64,000 nucleotides of DNA, taken from NCBI GenBank assembly GCA_017395105.1, contig JAFPWD010000001.1:1344-65343 (forward strand). The letters are read 5' to 3'. The translations under genes were made by a program, and so were the position numbers. Position 1 is the stretch's first letter, and each line of letters begins with the position of its first letter. This DNA comes from Clostridia bacterium (GTDB taxonomy: Bacteria > Bacillota > Clostridia > Christensenellales > CAG-138). Under the pieces are notes generated by a model. That model saw only the letters and a list, made by a program, of their open reading frames with translations, was not told where the DNA came from and did no database searches. Below are positions 55,009-64,000 of this stretch, one piece after another.

Positions 55009-58000
55009 ATGAAGAAATTTTTTGCAATGGTAGTTGCGGTAGCGATGGTTCTTTCCCTCGCTCTTCCCGCATTCGCCATGACGCAAACCTTGCCCCACGG
55101 CGATGAGGGCAAGCCCGGTGCTACCCCTGCCGACGCGGTCGTCTTCTCTGCTGAAGCGCCCGAAAATGTTGAAGCAGGCGAAACCTTTGACGCTGTAGTC
55201 AGTGTCAACGGCAGCTACGAGGCCCACGGCCTGAATCTGCAGTTCAACTACGACCCCGAGGTGTTTGAAGTAGTCAGCACCACCAACGGTCCCGTTATGG
55301 CTCAGATCCAGAGCCTCGGCGGCTTTGGTCTTCTCGACTACACCACCGTTCCCGGCTCCGTGCGCTACGGCGTTATGATGCCCACGAACGGCTTCACCGA
55401 GCAGGGTGTCATCTTCACCGTCACCTTCCGCGTTCTTGCAGGCGCGGCCGACGGCAACTATGACCTTGAGGTTCTTGTTCTCGAGTTCTTCAACATGCCC
55501 ATCGGCGGCAGCAACACTCCGATCGAGCATACCGATAACGGCGTTACCGTTACCGTAGGCAATCCCGCTGAGGAAACCCCCACTCCGGCTCCCGCGACCG
55601 CGACTCCGGTTCCCGCGACTCCTACCCCGGCTCCCGCAACCGCGACTCCGGCTCCCACCGCGCCTCCGGCTCCCGGCGTTATTTGGGACTTTGAACAGGA
55701 TCCCATCGCGCAGGGCTTCACCTTCCGCGATCAGGACGGCGATGGCAACAACTGGTACTGGCACATGAATACCGGTATGGGCAACTACAGCGCTCACAGC
55801 GGCGATGGTGTTGCTGCATCCGATTCCTATGACAACGACAGCAGCATGGCCCTCACCCCCAACAACTGGATGCTCACTCCCGCGTTCACCGGCAGCTCCA
55901 TCACCTTCTGGATGACTGCGCAGGATCCCAGCTACTCCAATGACTTCGTTGGCGTATATGTATCCACCGACGGCGGCAACACCTGGAGCGACGAGCTCTT
56001 CGGTCAGATGACTCCCACCGACTATCAGCAGTTCACCGTTGATCTTTCCGCTTATGCCGGTCAGACCATCAACGTTGCGTTCCGTCATTACAACTGCTCC
56101 GACATGTTCATCGCCGTTATCGATGACATCGAGGTAGCGGGCGGCAGTTCCGATCCCACCGATCCCACTCCCGTTCCCCCGACCAATCCTCCCACCAATC
56201 CTCCCGTAGATCCCACCAACCCGCCGGCAGTCGGCATCATCTGGGACTTCGAGCAGGATCCCGTTGCTCAGGGCTTCGCATTCCTCGATCAGGACGGCGA
56301 TGGCAACAACTGGGAATGGATGTATGGCGCTGAGTACAGTGATCACACCCACCACGAGGGTATCGGCTTCATGGCTTCCGAGTCCTACATCAACAATGTA
56401 GGCGCTCTGACTCCCGATAACTGGATGGTAACCCCAGAGTTCTCCGGCACCCAGCTCACCTTCTGGGCAGCAGGTCAGGATCCCTCCTGGGCAGCTGAGT
56501 ACCTTGGCGTATTCGTATCCGTCGACGGCGGCAGCACCTGGTCCAACGAGATCTTCGGCTGCACCCTCACCGGCACCGACACTCAGTACACTGTGAATCT
56601 CGCAGCTTATGCGAACGTACGCACCCCCATCAAGGTTGCTATCCGTCATTACAACGTAACCGACATGTTCCGTGCGAACGTTGACTACATCGAGGTAAAC
56701 GGCGGCGGCAGCTCCGAGCCCACCCCGGCTCCTCAGACTCCCACTCCCGCACCCGCAACTCCCACCCCCGCTCCCGTAACTCCCGTTCCCGGTGAGCCCG
56801 GCGAGGAAGTTCTCCTTGCAGGTTACTACTTCGAGAGCGGCAACGAGGGCTGGATCTTCAACGGTGTTGACAACACCAACTGGGTACATTCCAGCAACAA
56901 CCCCGGCGGCTACGACTACGCTTCGTTCGCACACGAGGGCAGCGGCTTCATCATGTCCTACTCCTTCGTTGACTATGTTGGCGCTTATCAGGCCGACAAC
57001 TGGGCGATCTCTCCCGCAGTTACCCTTCCCGCAGGCTCCGCGCGCGTAAGCTTCTATGCGACCAATGCGAACGTTGAATACCCCGAGGCATTCGATGTTT
57101 ACATCGGCACCTCCACCGACACCTCCGCAATGACTCTGCTCCAGGCAAACATCACCCCGAACAGCGGTTATGAAGATCCCTGGACTCATTACGAGATCGA
57201 CCTTTCCGATTATGTCGGTCAGACCATCTACCTTGCCTTCTACGATCATTGCTATGATATGTACGAGATCTGGGTAGACCAGGTTGAGTTCTTCGGCGCA
57301 GGCAGCGGCGATCAGCCCACCCCCGCACCCGCAACTCCCGTACCCGCAACTCCCACTCCCGAGCCCATCACCCCCGCTCCCGGTCAGGTAGTGTTCACCG
57401 TGGAAGCTCCCGAGTACGTTGAGGCAGGCGAGGAATTCGACGTTATCGTCCGCGTTGAGGGCGAGTACGAGGCTCATGGTCTCAACCTCCAGCTCAACTA
57501 CGACAATGCTAACTTCACCGTTCTTGGCACCGCCAACGGCGAGGTCATGGATCAGATGACCGCCCTCAACGGTTTCGCCCTTCTTGACTACACCACGATC
57601 CCCGGCTCCATCCGCCTCGGCGTTATGATGCCCACCGATCCCTTCACCGCGAACGGCATCATCTTCACCGCAACCTTCAAGGCGAGTGAGTCCATCGCAG
57701 ACGGTCAGTATGCCTTCGTTCCCGCTGTTGAGGAGTTCATCAACTTCCCGCTCGGCGGCGAGAATACCCCGATCGACAACATCGCTTACCCCGCTTACGT
57801 AACCGTTGGCGAGGTTGTAGAGCCCACCGAGCCTCCGGTAGAGCCCACCCAAGAACCCGTTGAGCCCACCGATGAGCCCACCAACATGGCGAGCTTCACC
57901 GTGGATCACGTAGAAGCGGTTCCCGGCGCACTGGTTCCCGTCACCGTACACGTTGAGGGCGACTACCTTGCCCACGGCCTGACCTTCTGGCTCGACTACG

Positions 58001-58539
58001 ATGCCGAGAAGCTCACCGTTGAGAGTGTTGAGAACGGCGACCTCATGAACGAGGTTCTTGACCTTGAAGGCTTCAACGTTCTCGATTATGAGACCATCGA
58101 AGGCTCCATCCGCTTCGCGGCCGTTGCTCCCATCCCCGAGCAGCCCTTCTCCACCGAAGGCACCGTATTCACCGTTTACTTCCGCGTTTCCGAGGAAGCG
58201 CAGGTTGGCGATGTTTATGAGCTCGTTGCCAACGTGACCGAGCTGGTCTACATGCCCGACTCCGAAGAGATCGCCGTTGATTGGGAATCCGAGGACGGCA
58301 GCATCACCATCATTGACGGCGAGCCCGTAGAGCCCACCGATGAGCCCGTAGAGCCCACCGACGAGCCCGTAGAGCCCACCGATGTTCCCGTAGAGCCCAC
58401 CGAGGTTCCCGGCGAGCCCACTCCCGAGCCCACCACTCCGCCCGCACCTCCCACCGGTACCATCGCTATGGTCGGTGCAGGTATCGCGGCTGTAGTTGCA
58501 GGCGCAGGCATCGTGCTCTTCAGGAAGAAGGAAGACTAA
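55009..58539 (+). CDS. Cell-wall-anchored scaffoldin-like protein: cohesin, 3 cleaved-adhesin domains, 2 cohesins, sortase-type tail
   Basis: Cohesin-like repeats (AHGL...YD...LDY.T..GS.R) at ~55138-55560, ~57388-57810, ~57889-58320; adhesin domains ~55678-57297; Pro/Thr linkers; APPTG, hydrophobic segment, RKK. Confidence 0.86.
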   Translation: MKKFFAMVVAVAMVLSLALPAFAMTQTLPHGDEGKPGATPADAVVFSAEAPENVEAGETFDAVVSVNGSYEAHGLNLQFNYDPEVFEVVSTTNGPVMAQIQSLGGFGLLDYTTVPGSVRYGVMMPTNGFTEQGVIFTVTFRVLAGAADGNYDLEVLVLEFFNMPIGGSNTPIEHTDNGVTVTVGNPAEETPTPAPATATPVPATPTPAPATATPAPTAPPAPGVIWDFEQDPIAQGFTFRDQDGDGNNWYWHMNTGMGNYSAHSGDGVAASDSYDNDSSMALTPNNWMLTPAFTGSSITFWMTAQDPSYSNDFVGVYVSTDGGNTWSDELFGQMTPTDYQQFTVDLSAYAGQTINVAFRHYNCSDMFIAVIDDIEVAGGSSDPTDPTPVPPTNPPTNPPVDPTNPPAVGIIWDFEQDPVAQGFAFLDQDGDGNNWEWMYGAEYSDHTHHEGIGFMASESYINNVGALTPDNWMVTPEFSGTQLTFWAAGQDPSWAAEYLGVFVSVDGGSTWSNEIFGCTLTGTDTQYTVNLAAYANVRTPIKVAIRHYNVTDMFRANVDYIEVNGGGSSEPTPAPQTPTPAPATPTPAPVTPVPGEPGEEVLLAGYYFESGNEGWIFNGVDNTNWVHSSNNPGGYDYASFAHEGSGFIMSYSFVDYVGAYQADNWAISPAVTLPAGSARVSFYATNANVEYPEAFDVYIGTSTDTSAMTLLQANITPNSGYEDPWTHYEIDLSDYVGQTIYLAFYDHCYDMYEIWVDQVEFFGAGSGDQPTPAPATPVPATPTPEPITPAPGQVVFTVEAPEYVEAGEEFDVIVRVEGEYEAHGLNLQLNYDNANFTVLGTANGEVMDQMTALNGFALLDYTTIPGSIRLGVMMPTDPFTANGIIFTATFKASESIADGQYAFVPAVEEFINFPLGGENTPIDNIAYPAYVTVGEVVEPTEPPVEPTQEPVEPTDEPTNMASFTVDHVEAVPGALVPVTVHVEGDYLAHGLTFWLDYDAEKLTVESVENGDLMNEVLDLEGFNVLDYETIEGSIRFAAVAPIPEQPFSTEGTVFTVYFRVSEEAQVGDVYELVANVTELVYMPDSEEIAVDWESEDGSITIIDGEPVEPTDEPVEPTDEPVEPTDVPVEPTEVPGEPTPEPTTPPAPPTGTIAMVGAGIAAVVAGAGIVLFRKKED
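58321..58401 (+). repeat. 21-bp coding tandem repeat (EPVEPTD linker)
   Basis: GAGCCCGTAGAGCCCACCGA(T/C), about 4 copies. Confidence 0.85.
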
Positions 58540-58570
58540 TCAAACCCGCTCTTAACTGAGCGAAGCAGTT

Positions 58571-58598
58571 GAGGAGGATCCCAACCGGGATCCTCCTC
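58571..58598 (+). terminator. Hairpin after the scaffoldin gene
   Basis: GAGGAGGATCCC-AACC-GGGATCCTCCTC. Confidence 0.7.
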
Positions 58599-58652
58599 AT
58601 TATGTTGCATAATATATTTGAAATTAGCGAATCGGCATAGTATAATATAGTA

Positions 58653-59366
58653 GTGATTACGAACATATATTTAGAGGAAGTTATAAGCTCGAGAACTGAG
58701 GCTGAGCGCGGAGAAGTGGATCTGCTCGATCCGCATTCTTTTCTGCCCATAATACTTGCTTCGGCCGCCGACCTCGCATCATTGATGTTAAAAGAGAGCG
58801 GAGATGGCGCGGCGATATCCGTGCATTCTACTCTCGCCGCCGTGAAGCTGCGTTTTCCCGCAGGCTTTTCCTGCACAAAAGAGCAATGCGGCGCTCAGCT
58901 TGAGCTTCTTAACGATAGTGCCGCAGGCCGCTGCGGCAATAGCGTTTTCGCTGCTCTGCATTTGGTAAAGCAAACGCTTATTCTGGAAGTTGACGATGGA
59001 TTCATGCTTGCTTTCGCCGAGAAGGCTGCGCGATGCTACAGGCATTCTCTTGTCGAATCGGTGGCTGTGCCAAAGGGCGGCGCCGCTGCCGACAGCGAGG
59101 CTTCAGCCTATGCACGTTCGCGCCTGTATGCCAATTCGAAAACGGCAGCATGCGCACATAAGCCCGAGGCAAGGAACGCTCTGTTTCGTTGCCTGTGCCT
59201 GTTTTCGGCGGAGATGGTCGCTCTTACAGATGCGCATTCCTCTGCTGTTCGCGCCGCGCTCGATGCCTGCAGCTCGGGCGCACTTGGAAGTGTTGATTCC
59301 GCGGCAATGGCTGCCGCGCTTCTATATGCGGAGACTCCGCAAAAGATCAAAGAAATAAAGGAGTAA
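58653..59366 (+). CDS. Hypothetical protein, probably leaderless
   Basis: TTGAAA-17-TATAAT (58618-58646) places the TSS at the GTG; ends 5 nt before the next gene. Confidence 0.6.
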   Translation: MITNIYLEEVISSRTEAERGEVDLLDPHSFLPIILASAADLASLMLKESGDGAAISVHSTLAAVKLRFPAGFSCTKEQCGAQLELLNDSAAGRCGNSVFAALHLVKQTLILEVDDGFMLAFAEKAARCYRHSLVESVAVPKGGAAADSEASAYARSRLYANSKTAACAHKPEARNALFRCLCLFSAEMVALTDAHSSAVRAALDACSSGALGSVDSAAMAAALLYAETPQKIKEIKE

Positions 59367-59371
59367 AATTT

Positions 59372-60049
59372 ATGCTGATAAGATGGTATGGACATTCATG
59401 TTTTCTGTTTACCGATTCCAACGGCACCACTGTGCTGACTGACCCATACGATTCCTACATTGGCTATGAGCTGCCCCAGATCTATGCCAATGCGGTCACC
59501 ATCAGCCACGATCACAACGACCACAACAATATCAGCGTTGTGAAAAGCAATACCACCATTATGCGCACCCCAGGCGAATATGAGATAGGCGGAGTGCGTA
59601 TCATCGGCGTGGAGACCGATCACGACCGTTGCGGCGGAACGCTTCGCGGAAAGAACATCATGTTTGTGTACGAGATGGACGGCATGCGCATCCTGCATTG
59701 CGGCGATCTCGGCGCGATCCCGAGCGAGGAAGTTATTAAAAAGGTCGGCCATATAGACGTTATGCTCGTTCCAATCGGTGCGATCTACACGATCGACGAT
59801 TTTGAGGCGCGCGAGCTTGCTAATATCTTCCGGCCGAAGATCGTTATTCCCATGCACTATAAAACGCCTAAGCTCAAAATCGAGCTCTGCACCCTTGCGC
59901 CTTTCGTGGATGCCGCCAAGGATTGCCGCATCCACTACCTCAATCAGTGCGATGCTTCCGTGCAGCTCACCACCCTTGGCGAGGATCGCGTTATTATCCT
60001 GCGCCCGTTCGATGCGGAGCGTGACGAAGCTAAAGCACCTGTTGCTTAA
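59372..60049 (+). CDS. MBL-fold metallo-hydrolase
   Basis: WYGHSCF, TDPY, SHDHNDH, HCGDLG, IPMHY. Confidence 0.92.
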   Translation: MLIRWYGHSCFLFTDSNGTTVLTDPYDSYIGYELPQIYANAVTISHDHNDHNNISVVKSNTTIMRTPGEYEIGGVRIIGVETDHDRCGGTLRGKNIMFVYEMDGMRILHCGDLGAIPSEEVIKKVGHIDVMLVPIGAIYTIDDFEARELANIFRPKIVIPMHYKTPKLKIELCTLAPFVDAAKDCRIHYLNQCDASVQLTTLGEDRVIILRPFDAERDEAKAPVA

Positions 60050-60144
60050 TATAATAGAAGTCTTTTTATGGAAAACGGGGCCCGATCGCAGTCGAGCCCC
60101 GTTTTGACTTATTGTTGAACCTGTTTTCGTTTTATGCGAACTCC

Positions 60145-60996
60145 TTACAGTTTCGCCTTGTAGCAAACGTATTTGCCCACCAAGCGGAAGCCTGCGGCAA
60201 TGGCATCCGGCTGCTCCCGATCCTCGCAGAAGAAGACCATGTGCTTCGCGCCATGCTTTTTATCGTAATTGAGCGCGGAGGCGAGCAGAAGGCGGAACAT
60301 TTCACCGCTGTAAACTCCGCCCTCGAAATCTATTCCGAATATTTCGGAGAGCTCAGGGAAGGAGCGGAAATACACCGCGCCGAGCGCCTTCCCGCCCTCG
60401 ACATAAGCAAAGATCTTCCAATCGTCGAGCTTTGCAAGGATACGCTTCGCCGTCCAGTACATATAGTCCTCGTCCTGCGTGTGGAGCGTGGCGAAAAGTA
60501 GATAGTTTTCGCGGGTTATCTCAATAACGTGCTCATCCTCGGGGCGAAGCTCATAGTTTTCATAATCCAGCGCGTTGTTACAGCTTTCCTCGATCCGCTC
60601 AAAGCCGAGCGATTCAAGCTCGGAAACGGCCTCGGAATTCTCTTCGGGGAAGCCGAGATGCAGATCGAAGCCGGGGAACCTTTCGCGTGCAAAGGCGATG
60701 AATTCATGGAGCGCCTCGCGGGTGCCGCTTTCGATGTTGAATGCGGCCGTTTGCATATACTTTTCCTCGGGCTCCGTGAAATAGCGTATCCAGCCGCAAA
60801 CTTTGCCGTCCCGCTCGTAAAGCAGGATGCCGTCGCGCTCGTCGGCAAGCGCCCGCTTCGAGGCCTCGATGAAATCAGCCTTGGTCTTGATGCCGTCAGT
60901 ATAGGTCGGGTAGTCGGAGCGAGTAGGGTCGAGCGCAAGCTCGTATGCAAAGTCGATATACCGATCGAATTCATTTTCATTCAGTGATCTGAGCAT
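60145..60996 (-). CDS. Probable tandem GNAT-fold protein
   Basis: GAGG RBS before ATG 60996; two halves with GKVCGWI/GKALGAV strands and LESLGF/IAAGF endings. Confidence 0.6.
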   Translation of the reverse strand: MLRSLNENEFDRYIDFAYELALDPTRSDYPTYTDGIKTKADFIEASKRALADERDGILLYERDGKVCGWIRYFTEPEEKYMQTAAFNIESGTREALHEFIAFARERFPGFDLHLGFPEENSEAVSELESLGFERIEESCNNALDYENYELRPEDEHVIEITRENYLLFATLHTQDEDYMYWTAKRILAKLDDWKIFAYVEGGKALGAVYFRSFPELSEIFGIDFEGGVYSGEMFRLLLASALNYDKKHGAKHMVFFCEDREQPDAIAAGFRLVGKYVCYKAKL

Positions 60997-61019
60997 GTTT
61001 ATACCTCTGTTTTTTAATT

Positions 61020-61721
61020 TCACTCATTTTTTGTTTTTGCTGCGGATTCGTCGCCGTCGATCGGTTCATCGACAGCTTCTGAGAGGTCTGCGAGGTGCAT
61101 TTTCCGCTTCTTCGGTGCGATGCCTGCGAACAGCTCGGTGTTTTCAAGCAGATACCAAAGCACGATAAGAAGCTGCAATATGCCGGCCACCACATATATA
61201 AGGAACATATTCTCGATGCGGAATATCACGTGCAGCGCCATCGCCGTGCTCCAAACTATGCCGCTGATGCAGATGAAGCGCAAAAGCTTTGGATGCCAAA
61301 GCGAGGTGAACACCGTTGCCACGATGAATGTCACGGGAACAGCAACGATGAACGCAAGCCACGCGCCCGAAAGCTGCGGTGCGGCAACGCGCAGAAAGAA
61401 GTATGCCACGGTTGCAACGAGCCAAACGAGCCCCAGCGACATCAGCGTTATGATATTGCGCTTGACCTGCGGCTGGGCGCAGCGGCGCTTTGGCTGCTTC
61501 TCGCTGATAAGGTCGTTTACCGTAACGGCGAAGATATCGGAAAGCATCACCAAAACGTAGATATCGGGCACGCCCTCGCCGCGCTCCCATTTGGAAACGG
61601 ACTTGCCCGAGTAATGGATCATCTCGGCAAGCTCATCCTGCGTGAGATTGCATTGCTTGCGGTAGCAGGCTATGTTTGCGGCGAGTGTTTGCCGCAGTTT
61701 TTCATCATCTCGAACGATCAT
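61020..61721 (-). CDS. XRE-family HTH regulator with 4 TM segments, leaderless
   Basis: LTQDELAEMIHYSGKSVSKWERGEGVPD; TTGAAA-17-TACAAT ends 6 nt before the ATG. Confidence 0.88.
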   Translation of the reverse strand: MIVRDDEKLRQTLAANIACYRKQCNLTQDELAEMIHYSGKSVSKWERGEGVPDIYVLVMLSDIFAVTVNDLISEKQPKRRCAQPQVKRNIITLMSLGLVWLVATVAYFFLRVAAPQLSGAWLAFIVAVPVTFIVATVFTSLWHPKLLRFICISGIVWSTAMALHVIFRIENMFLIYVVAGILQLLIVLWYLLENTELFAGIAPKKRKMHLADLSEAVDEPIDGDESAAKTKNE

Positions 61722-62086
61722 ACACCTATTGTACCTTAAGCGGCGGTTTTTTTCAAGTAGGCAGAATATAGTACAGCAAATTATTTGAAAATATGTATTT
61801 TTAGCAGCTCTACTCACAGTAGAATCGGCTTTTTGGAGCTCTACTCGGCCGAAGCCGAGCGGTAGAGAAGCAAATTGAAGCGGTAGGGTGCAATTTGCGC
61901 AGCTTTGTGGTAAAAAAGGATGTGAGCGGCGAAGGGTTCGCTGCGATGGGCTTTCGGAGCAGCCGAGTTTTGCGGCTCCGAAGAATGGCGCTGCCCGCTG
62001 CGGCCGCGCTCAAGCCGCTCGTTCTTGATGATACCGCCGTGCCGTTTGCGGGCGGAGGCGATCATAATAAGAAGGGAGAGAATAAA

Positions 62087-62749
62087 ATGGAGAGAATGAC
62101 TATGATGCTGCCCGGCGCCGAGGACAGAGCGGGGGAGAGCACCTGCCAAAAGGCGCGAAGGAGCGGCGCAAAGCTTCTGCGCATACTGACCGTGCCGCCC
62201 ATACTTGCGCTGTTTTTGGTCACGGCGCTCTATATCGGCATGGGGAAGGCAGCTTTTCGCGCTCCGATAAGGTATTTTGAAGCCGTATTCACTCTTTGCG
62301 TGCTTCCCGTGCTCGCGTATCCGCTCTGCGCGGCCGTGCCGTCGCTGAAGGCGCGGGGAAGAAAAACGGAGCGCAGCCTTGCAATAGTGTTTTCATTGCT
62401 CGGCTATATAATGGGAACGCTTTTCGCGCTTCTCGGCGGCGGCACACAGCTTGAGTTAGAGCTTTACCTTACATATATAATATCGGGTGCGCTGATGGGG
62501 CTGTTTTCCTTCGCGTTCAAATTCCGATCGAGTGGGCATGCCTGCGGCGTTTCGGGGCCGTTTGCCATGCTTTCCTACAAGCTCGGAGCAGCCTGGCTGA
62601 TCGGCTTTCTGCTGCTCATCCCCGTTTTCAGCTCATCCATACGACTTGGCAGGCACAGGCTCTCGGAGCTTATCGCGGGAGCGGCTATCTCCGTTGCCGC
62701 GCTGTTTGTCGCCGTTCTTATAGTGAAAAGTATAATGCCCGCCGTCTGA
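62087..62749 (+). CDS. Membrane protein, PAP2-like
   Basis: ~6 TM segments; SGHA and RLGRH motifs. Confidence 0.65.
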   Translation: MERMTMMLPGAEDRAGESTCQKARRSGAKLLRILTVPPILALFLVTALYIGMGKAAFRAPIRYFEAVFTLCVLPVLAYPLCAAVPSLKARGRKTERSLAIVFSLLGYIMGTLFALLGGGTQLELELYLTYIISGALMGLFSFAFKFRSSGHACGVSGPFAMLSYKLGAAWLIGFLLLIPVFSSSIRLGRHRLSELIAGAAISVAALFVAVLIVKSIMPAV

Positions 62750-62881
62750 AAAAGGAAACGTGAAAGAAAAACCGAAAAGAAAAATGAAAAAGGGATTGCG
62801 TTCGAGGCATTTCTGTACTATAATAAAAAGAGGCTTCGCCGAAAAACGCGCGGCGCAGCCGAACCTTTTAGGGAGGACAAT

Positions 62882-63511
62882 ATGCTTTTCAACAGAAGAA
62901 CCGAATTCAAACCCTTTATCGCCGCGATACTCGTAATTGCCATGCTCGTTTCCGTTATGATAACGGTCGGCTGCTCAAAGGATAAGCCCATCAAGGTTCC
63001 AGAGGAGCTCAGCCGCGAGGAAGCCGCGCTCTACGTTGCGCTTGCGACCGTTTGCCCCAAGGACGACAATAATACCAAAAAGGAGTATCTGACCTTCCGC
63101 TTCGAGGGCTGGAGCTTTGAAGAGCTGCCCGAATCAATCAATCAGTATATCGTCGATTACTGCACGTCCGGCAAATCCGCGCTCATGCAGTTCGACGATG
63201 CAGGTCTTGAACAGATCGGCCTGCTCGTTGTGAACACCGATCCCGAATCCTTCTACGCCGTGGGCGACAGGGTCTATGCCGAGGGCAAGGGCGCCATCAT
63301 GACGTTCACGCTCGGAGACACTCAGAACACGGATTCCGACGAGGTGCTCGTTTCTTATAAGAAGTTCATTTCGGACAGCGATACCAGCGGCTACGACATT
63401 GAATTAAAGCGCGTTGGCAGCGCATGGAAGTATGAGAAAACCTCCGGCGCGTGGAACCAGTATCAGTTCTTCACCCCAGATCCGAATAATTCAAAGGATC
63501 CGCAGAAGTGA
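62882..63511 (+). CDS. Hypothetical lipoprotein
   Basis: GGAGG RBS; lipobox TVGC. Confidence 0.78.
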   Translation: MLFNRRTEFKPFIAAILVIAMLVSVMITVGCSKDKPIKVPEELSREEAALYVALATVCPKDDNNTKKEYLTFRFEGWSFEELPESINQYIVDYCTSGKSALMQFDDAGLEQIGLLVVNTDPESFYAVGDRVYAEGKGAIMTFTLGDTQNTDSDEVLVSYKKFISDSDTSGYDIELKRVGSAWKYEKTSGAWNQYQFFTPDPNNSKDPQK

Positions 63512-63799
63512 TCCGAAACGGTATATTCACCGTTCAAATCATCGAATTAGCACCGGATTGAGTTAATTTAAAAATATATTTTCGCCGTTCCGATATGCCT
63601 TTTTTGAAGGTTAAATATATCGGAGCGGCGAAACTGTTTTTTATGGTATTTTAGGAAAAACAAGAAAGCAAGGCGTAAATATAATCTGCAGCTCAATTTG
63701 GATTAAATGTTACTGAATTGTGGCGAATTATGGCAGAAGGGGTTGAAATCGGGGCAAACTCATGATAATATAGGCCAAAAATCCGTTAGGAGATACAAA

Positions 63800-64000
63800 A
63801 TGTATTCAGAAATCAAACGCAGAACGCGAAGGCTCAAGCGACCCATGCTGCTTATGCTGGCTGTTTGCTTCGCTCTGGTAAGCATCCTGAGCATGGTTAT
63901 AAACGCGGAAGGCAAGATAATCGAGCGCTTCGAAGAAAGGAGCGAGGATTATCGCAAATGGGCGCAGGGCGACTTGCGTTGGGCGAACCTTACTCTCGGA
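63800..64000 (+). CDS. 5' part of a secreted protein, possibly C39-like peptidase domain
   Basis: AGGAG RBS; MYSEIKRRTRRLKRPMLLMLAVCFALV...; WAQGDLRWANLTLG resembles the QxDxRW start of C39-like domains; runs off the window. Confidence 0.5.
   Translation, partial: MYSEIKRRTRRLKRPMLLMLAVCFALVSILSMVINAEGKIIERFEERSEDYRKWAQGDLRWANLTLG

Noticed and set aside
49403-56700. Diversity-generating retroelement template/variable repeat pair
   Set aside because: Both copies are in-frame coding domains, differences do not look confined to adenines, and no reverse transcriptase is present.
55003-57975. 990-aa minus-strand ORF
   Set aside because: Antisense shadow of the scaffoldin, explained by codon bias.
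47105-58539. Classical cellulolytic cellulosome
   Set aside because: No CBM3 or glycoside hydrolase motif recognised in any subunit here, although such genes could lie elsewhere in the genome.

Overview
GC-rich (roughly mid-50s %, judged by eye) chromosomal window from a Clostridia-type Firmicute. Lineage evidence: rplU-prp-rpmA with an N-terminally extended L27, canonical sigmaA promoters, and a sortase-type anchor. Housekeeping and metabolic genes are greA, lysS, rplU-prp-rpmA, murI and a citrate fermentation set (Na+-pumping oxaloacetate decarboxylase oadG/BCCP/oadB/oadA; citD-E-F-C; citXG). Accessory genes include an ECF sigma/membrane protein/FtsX-ABC module, a MATE transporter, a CLC channel, barnase-barstar and luxE-luxC. 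The main highlight is a cellulosome-like cohesin-dockerin surface system with no recognisable glycoside hydrolase. It comprises a cell-wall-anchored scaffoldin (3 cohesins plus 3 gingipain-type cleaved-adhesin domains) and three adjacent dockerin proteins, two of which carry gingipain-like adhesin or DUF2436 modules. About 45 kb away lie a single-cohesin membrane anchor and an S8 protease that shares a module with the dockerin proteins. The second highlight is a preQ1-I riboswitch controlling a VUT (queuosine precursor) transporter translationally coupled to an uncharacterised SDR, a candidate new queuosine salvage step. Several REP-like intergenic repeat families and gene remnants are also present. 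All family assignments come from motif recognition by eye; no searches were run.
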